Positions 57,686 to 64,000 of a DNA stretch of 64,000 nucleotides are shown here, in pieces. The DNA comes from the human T2T-CHM13v2.0 reference genome, Homo sapiens. Below the pieces are notes generated by a model. That model did no database searches and had not been told where the DNA came from. It saw only the letters and a list, made by a program, of their open reading frames with translations. The translations under genes were made by a program, and so were the position numbers. The stretch lies in the NCBI RefSeq assembly GCF_009914755.1, contig NC_060927.1; one strand, 5' to 3'. The number at the start of each line of letters is the position of its first letter. The first letter of the stretch is position 1.

Positions 57686-60089
57686 GGATAACTACCTTTG
57701 CTTGCTTTTGGTTTCCATTTTCATGGAATATCTTTTTCCATCCCTTTATCTTATGTGAGTCCTTCTGTGTTAGGTGAGTCTCTTGATGACAGCAGATCCT
57801 TGGTTCGTGGATTTTTATCCATTCTTCCATTCTGTATCTTTTAAGTGGAGTATTTAGGCCATTTATATTCAACGTGAGTATTTAGATGTGAGGTACTGTT
57901 GTTTTCATCATGCTAGTTGTTGCCTTAATCCCTTAGTTTTTTGTTTTTGTTTTTTTTTTCATTGCATCATTGTTATATAGGCCCTGTGAGATATATGCTT
58001 TAAGGAAGTTCCATTTTGGTGTATTTTGAGGTTTTGTTTCAAGATTTAGAACTTGTGGTGCTGGTTTGGTAGTGGCAAATTCTCCCAGCATTTGTTTGTC
58101 TGATAAAGACTTTATCTCTCCTTCATTTATGAAGCTTAGTTTTGCTGGATACAAAATTCTTGGCTGATAATTGTTTTGTTGAAGGAGGCTAAATATAGGA
58201 CCCCAGTCCCTTCTAGCTTGTAGGGTTTCTGCTGAAAGATACACTGTTAATCTGATAGGTTTTTCTTTATAGGTTACCTGATACTTTTGCCCCACAGCTC
58301 TTAAGATTCTTTCCTTCATCTTGACTTTAGGTAATGATGACTATGTGCCTGGGCCATCTTTTTATGATGAATTTCCCAGGTATTTTTGAGCCTCTTGAGA
58401 TTTGGATGTCTAGATCTCTAGCAAGACCGGGGAAGTTTTCCTTGATTATTTCCTGAAATATGTTTTCCAAACTTTCAAATTTCTTTTCTTCCTCAGGAAC
58501 ACCAATTATTTTTAGCTTTGGATGTTTAACGTAGACCCAGCCTTCACGGATGCTTTGTTTATTTTTTTTTAAATAATTTTTCTTTATCTTGGCAGATTGG
58601 GTTAATTCGAAAGCATTGTCTTCTGTCTCTGAAGTTCTTTCTTCTGCTTGTTTGATTCTATTGCTGAGACTTCCCAGTGCGTTTGGCATTTCTCTAAGTG
58701 TGTCCTTGATTTCCAGAAGTTGTGGTTGTTTTTTATTTATGCTATATATTTCACTGAAGAATTTTCCTTTTATATCCTGTATCATGTTTTTGATTTCTTT
58801 AAGTTGGACTTCAGCTTTCTCTGGTGCCTCCTTTGATTAGCTTAATAATTGACCTTCTAAATTCTTTTTCTGGCAATTCAGAGAGTTCGTCTTTGTTCGG
58901 ATCCATTGCTGGTGAGCTGGTACGATCTTTTGGTGGTGTTAAAGAACCTTGTTTTGTCATATTACCAGAATTGTTTTTCTGGTTCCTTCTCATTTGGGTA
59001 GACTATGTCAGAGGGAAGATCTGGGATTCAAGGGCTGCTTTTCAGATTCTTTTGTCCCATGGGGTTCTCCCTTGATGTGGTGTTCTCCCCTTTCCCCTAG
59101 GAATGGGGCTTCCTGAGTGCCAAACTGTAGTGATTGTTTTTGCTCTTCTGGGTCTAGCCACCCAGTCGAGCTACCAGGTGCCAGGCTAGTACTGGCGAGT
59201 GTCTGTAAAGAGTCCTATGATGTGATCCGTTTTCAGGTCTTGCAGCTGTGGATACTAGTACCTGCTCTGGTGGAGGTAGCTGGGGAGTGAAGTAGACTCT
59301 GTGAGGGTCCTTGGTTGTGTTTTTGTTTAGTGTGCTGGTTTTGTGTTGGTTGTCCTCCAGCTGGGAGTTGGCACTTTCAAGAGCATATCAGCTGTGGTGC
59401 TACAGGGAGGATGCACATTTGCCCTAGAGACACTTGGTCAAGTATTCAGGTTTCTCAGGCAGTGAGCAGGCCCATAGAGCTCCCAAGAGATTATGACCTT
59501 TGTCTTTGGCTACCAGGATGGCTAGAGAAAGACTACGAGGTGGGGGCAGGAATAGGGGTGTCTCAGCCTCTCCTTGGGTGAGCTTGCTGCAGCTGCTGTT
59601 GCGGGGGGTGGGGTGAGGGTGTGGTTCCCAGTCCAGTGGAGTTATAGTCCCAGGGGGATTGTGGCTGCCTCTGCTGAGTCATACAGGCCACCAGGGAAGT
59701 GGGGGAAAGCTGGCAGTCACAGACCTTACCTTGCTTCCATGCAACCTGTGGTCTTAAAGGCTGGTCTCACTTCCATCATGCCTCCCCAACATCACCAAGT
59801 CTTTTTCCAGGTAGCCGGTTACCAGGGTGGATACTTTGCCCCAGACCACAAGCCTCCCCCTTGAGAAAGCAAATGGACTCATAGTTTTTAGGCCTCCCAG
59901 AGAACCTGCAGTGGTGATCCAATTTCTTCAAAGGGTCTGTGGATTCTCTTGGCTTTCCTGGTTTGTTCCTGTGGTAGTTCTTGTATTGTAGCAAAAGTTC
60001 ATGATGTGAGTCTCCACATGTTGCTCTGTCTGTCAGAATGGGAGATACAAGCTAGTCCTGCCTCCTATCCACCATCTTAATTTGAGCAT

Positions 60090-62093
<2,004 letters not shown>

Positions 62094-62439
62094 TTTATAT
62101 ATTTAGAGAGTATCATGCCCCTTTAGTGTTTTATTGTTTATTATATGAAATAATACCGTTTCCTACTCTGGAGATTTACAGCTACTTTGAGCCCATGGAA
62201 TACCCCCAAAGGGTTTTATGTAAAGTGTGTTCAAATGTAGACCCTATCTATATACCAACTACCAAAGGATTAGTTGAGAAACATTTTATGAGTAAGGCTG
62301 TCATATTGCATGCTGGGTACTAGAGTTAGCAATTTCCAATATATTATTGATAGAAAAGTAAACATTAATAGGAAATTATCATGAACTGACTTTACTCACC
62401 TTGTTTAGTCTGTATTGACCTTGTTGGAAGAAAAGTATT

Positions 62440-62570
62440 AATAGCTGTCATTTGAGCTCTTACTAGTGGTAAGTCAAATGCTGTGTTAGTGTATTTAATC
62501 CTCAAACATCTCTGTTTAGCCATATTATCCCCAGGTTATATATATGAAGAAGATGAGGTTTGGGGATCTT
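62440..62570 (-). mobile_element. MIR fragment
   Basis: ATTTAATCCTCA...ATTATCCCCA.....A.ATGAAGAAGATGAGG. Confidence 0.55.
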
Positions 62571-64000
62571 AGAAATAAGAGATTTTATTGATCTGTCACT
62601 GCAGGCAGTGTAAATATATTTGATTCTTCTTAATTTTGCTTTATGATCTCACAAGATGAAATAACTATGTCATCTATTTCAATTCTCATTGTTTTAAGAT
62701 TTAAATCATTTTGGGGGGAATCTTCTCCAATGTTTTACTTAGGAACGGTTCAATGAAGTCTTTCCCCTGTCCTAGTTTGTTTTATAGATTTGAAATAAGG
62801 GCATTTCAGTGGCTCTAAAACATGTGTGTAGCTTTTGTAAAATTCCTAATCTTTTCTCTAAGTTTTTACATTTCTTGATTATGTAAAAATATTATGCTAT
62901 AAAATAATTTCAGTAATTTGCAGTAAAGAAAGGTAATCTGTCTCTAGTTTCCTCATATTTATTCACCGATATCTCCTCATTAAAAGTTGAAAAATACTAC
63001 TGCTCTTTGTTTTAAAGTATTTAAACGTCCAACTGTACTTTTTACATAAATAAGATTAGAAAACATGAATTTGATTGTTCCAGAAACTCAGTCATACTGA
63101 GAGAAGACTTTTTTTCCTCAGCAATTTACTATTTTTTGGAGTAAATGCAAAAAGCCTTTATGTGTGCAGGCCTCTGTAATGACACTCTAATGTAGTAGAA
63201 TCTTCTTTGATTTCATTTGCTTAAAGATACTGCTTTAAAAGTTTTAGGGAAATATTTTATCCTAAAAATGTTAATTATCCAAGGTTGAAAAGATCTTACC
63301 TGACAGCTTAAAAACTTGTATCTGGGCAGTAAGATGATAATTTTAGTTTCAGTATTATTTTAATTGAGTGGATGTGTGGCAATTCAAGTGTTTTCGTCTC
63401 TTAAGTTTCAGTAGTGGGCAGCTTTTGTCTCCCTTCTGTTTTCACTCAAAGCATTTTGTCTGTAAAGAATCTCAGCTTAGGACTCAAAACAAGTCTGTGT
63501 TGAGGATTTATTTCTAGAGTTGTGTTAAACAGTTTTCTGTAGCTATAGATAATTACTTATGAAGCTGCATCAAGTACGTACCTTGATTACTACTATCTCG
63601 TGACTAACTGCTTGTTCACAGCCTTCCCCACCCTTCCCACCAGCTCCCCTTCACTAACCTGTGCATCCTTTGCTTGTCTGGTCTCTTTTACTTCTTGTTT
63701 TTCTCCTAGTTTGTGAATAGCTCTTAAAGTCTGACTTGTTGTCATGGTGCGTTGGAAGAGTAGCCAGTTGTCTTTTCTGGGTAGATCAGCTATGAGCTGA
63801 CTGACTAAGAGGAGTAGTTAAAATGGAGAAAGCTTAGCTGTACTTTGTCTTGCATGTTAAACATAATGAGTTTAGAGGATTATGATTATTTGTAATCATC
63901 AGGATCTGCTAGACAGGACATCTGTTTTACTTTTTACTCTTATGTTGGTGGAGAAATAGCGTGCTTTTCATTCAATGTGAAAATTTTGTGTTCTAGCTGG

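Noticed and set aside
63500-64000. Next ATP2C1 coding exon (VARFQKIPNGENET)
   Set aside because: Not found in the window; expected just beyond the end

Overview
Hominid, most likely human, genomic DNA (SVA, L1PA2 and AluY present); about two-thirds by eye is interspersed repeat. A CpG-island promoter at ~27.3-28.65 kb drives a + strand gene with a non-coding exon ending at 28158 and a 186-nt exon (28411-28596) ending in ATG AAG|GT. This matches my recollection of ATP2C1 (SPCA1 Golgi Ca2+/Mn2+ ATPase, N-terminus MK|VARFQ); the next exon is not in the window, so the gene call is recalled rather than proven here. Upstream: a near full-length Tigger1 split by a full-length SVA, two decayed antisense L1s with nested Alus/L1PA, and a ~250-bp tandem duplication near the promoter. 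The intron holds a twin-primed (5'-inverted) L1PA2 and three antisense retrocopies: Y1 RNA, CSRP2 (split by AluY) and a 5'-truncated MKRN1. Most interesting leads: an in-frame 49-aa hydrophobic uORF at the start of exon 2, candidate phase-0 alternative exons, and templated multi-jump insertions in an old L1. Repeat subfamily calls and most repeat boundaries are by eye and approximate.
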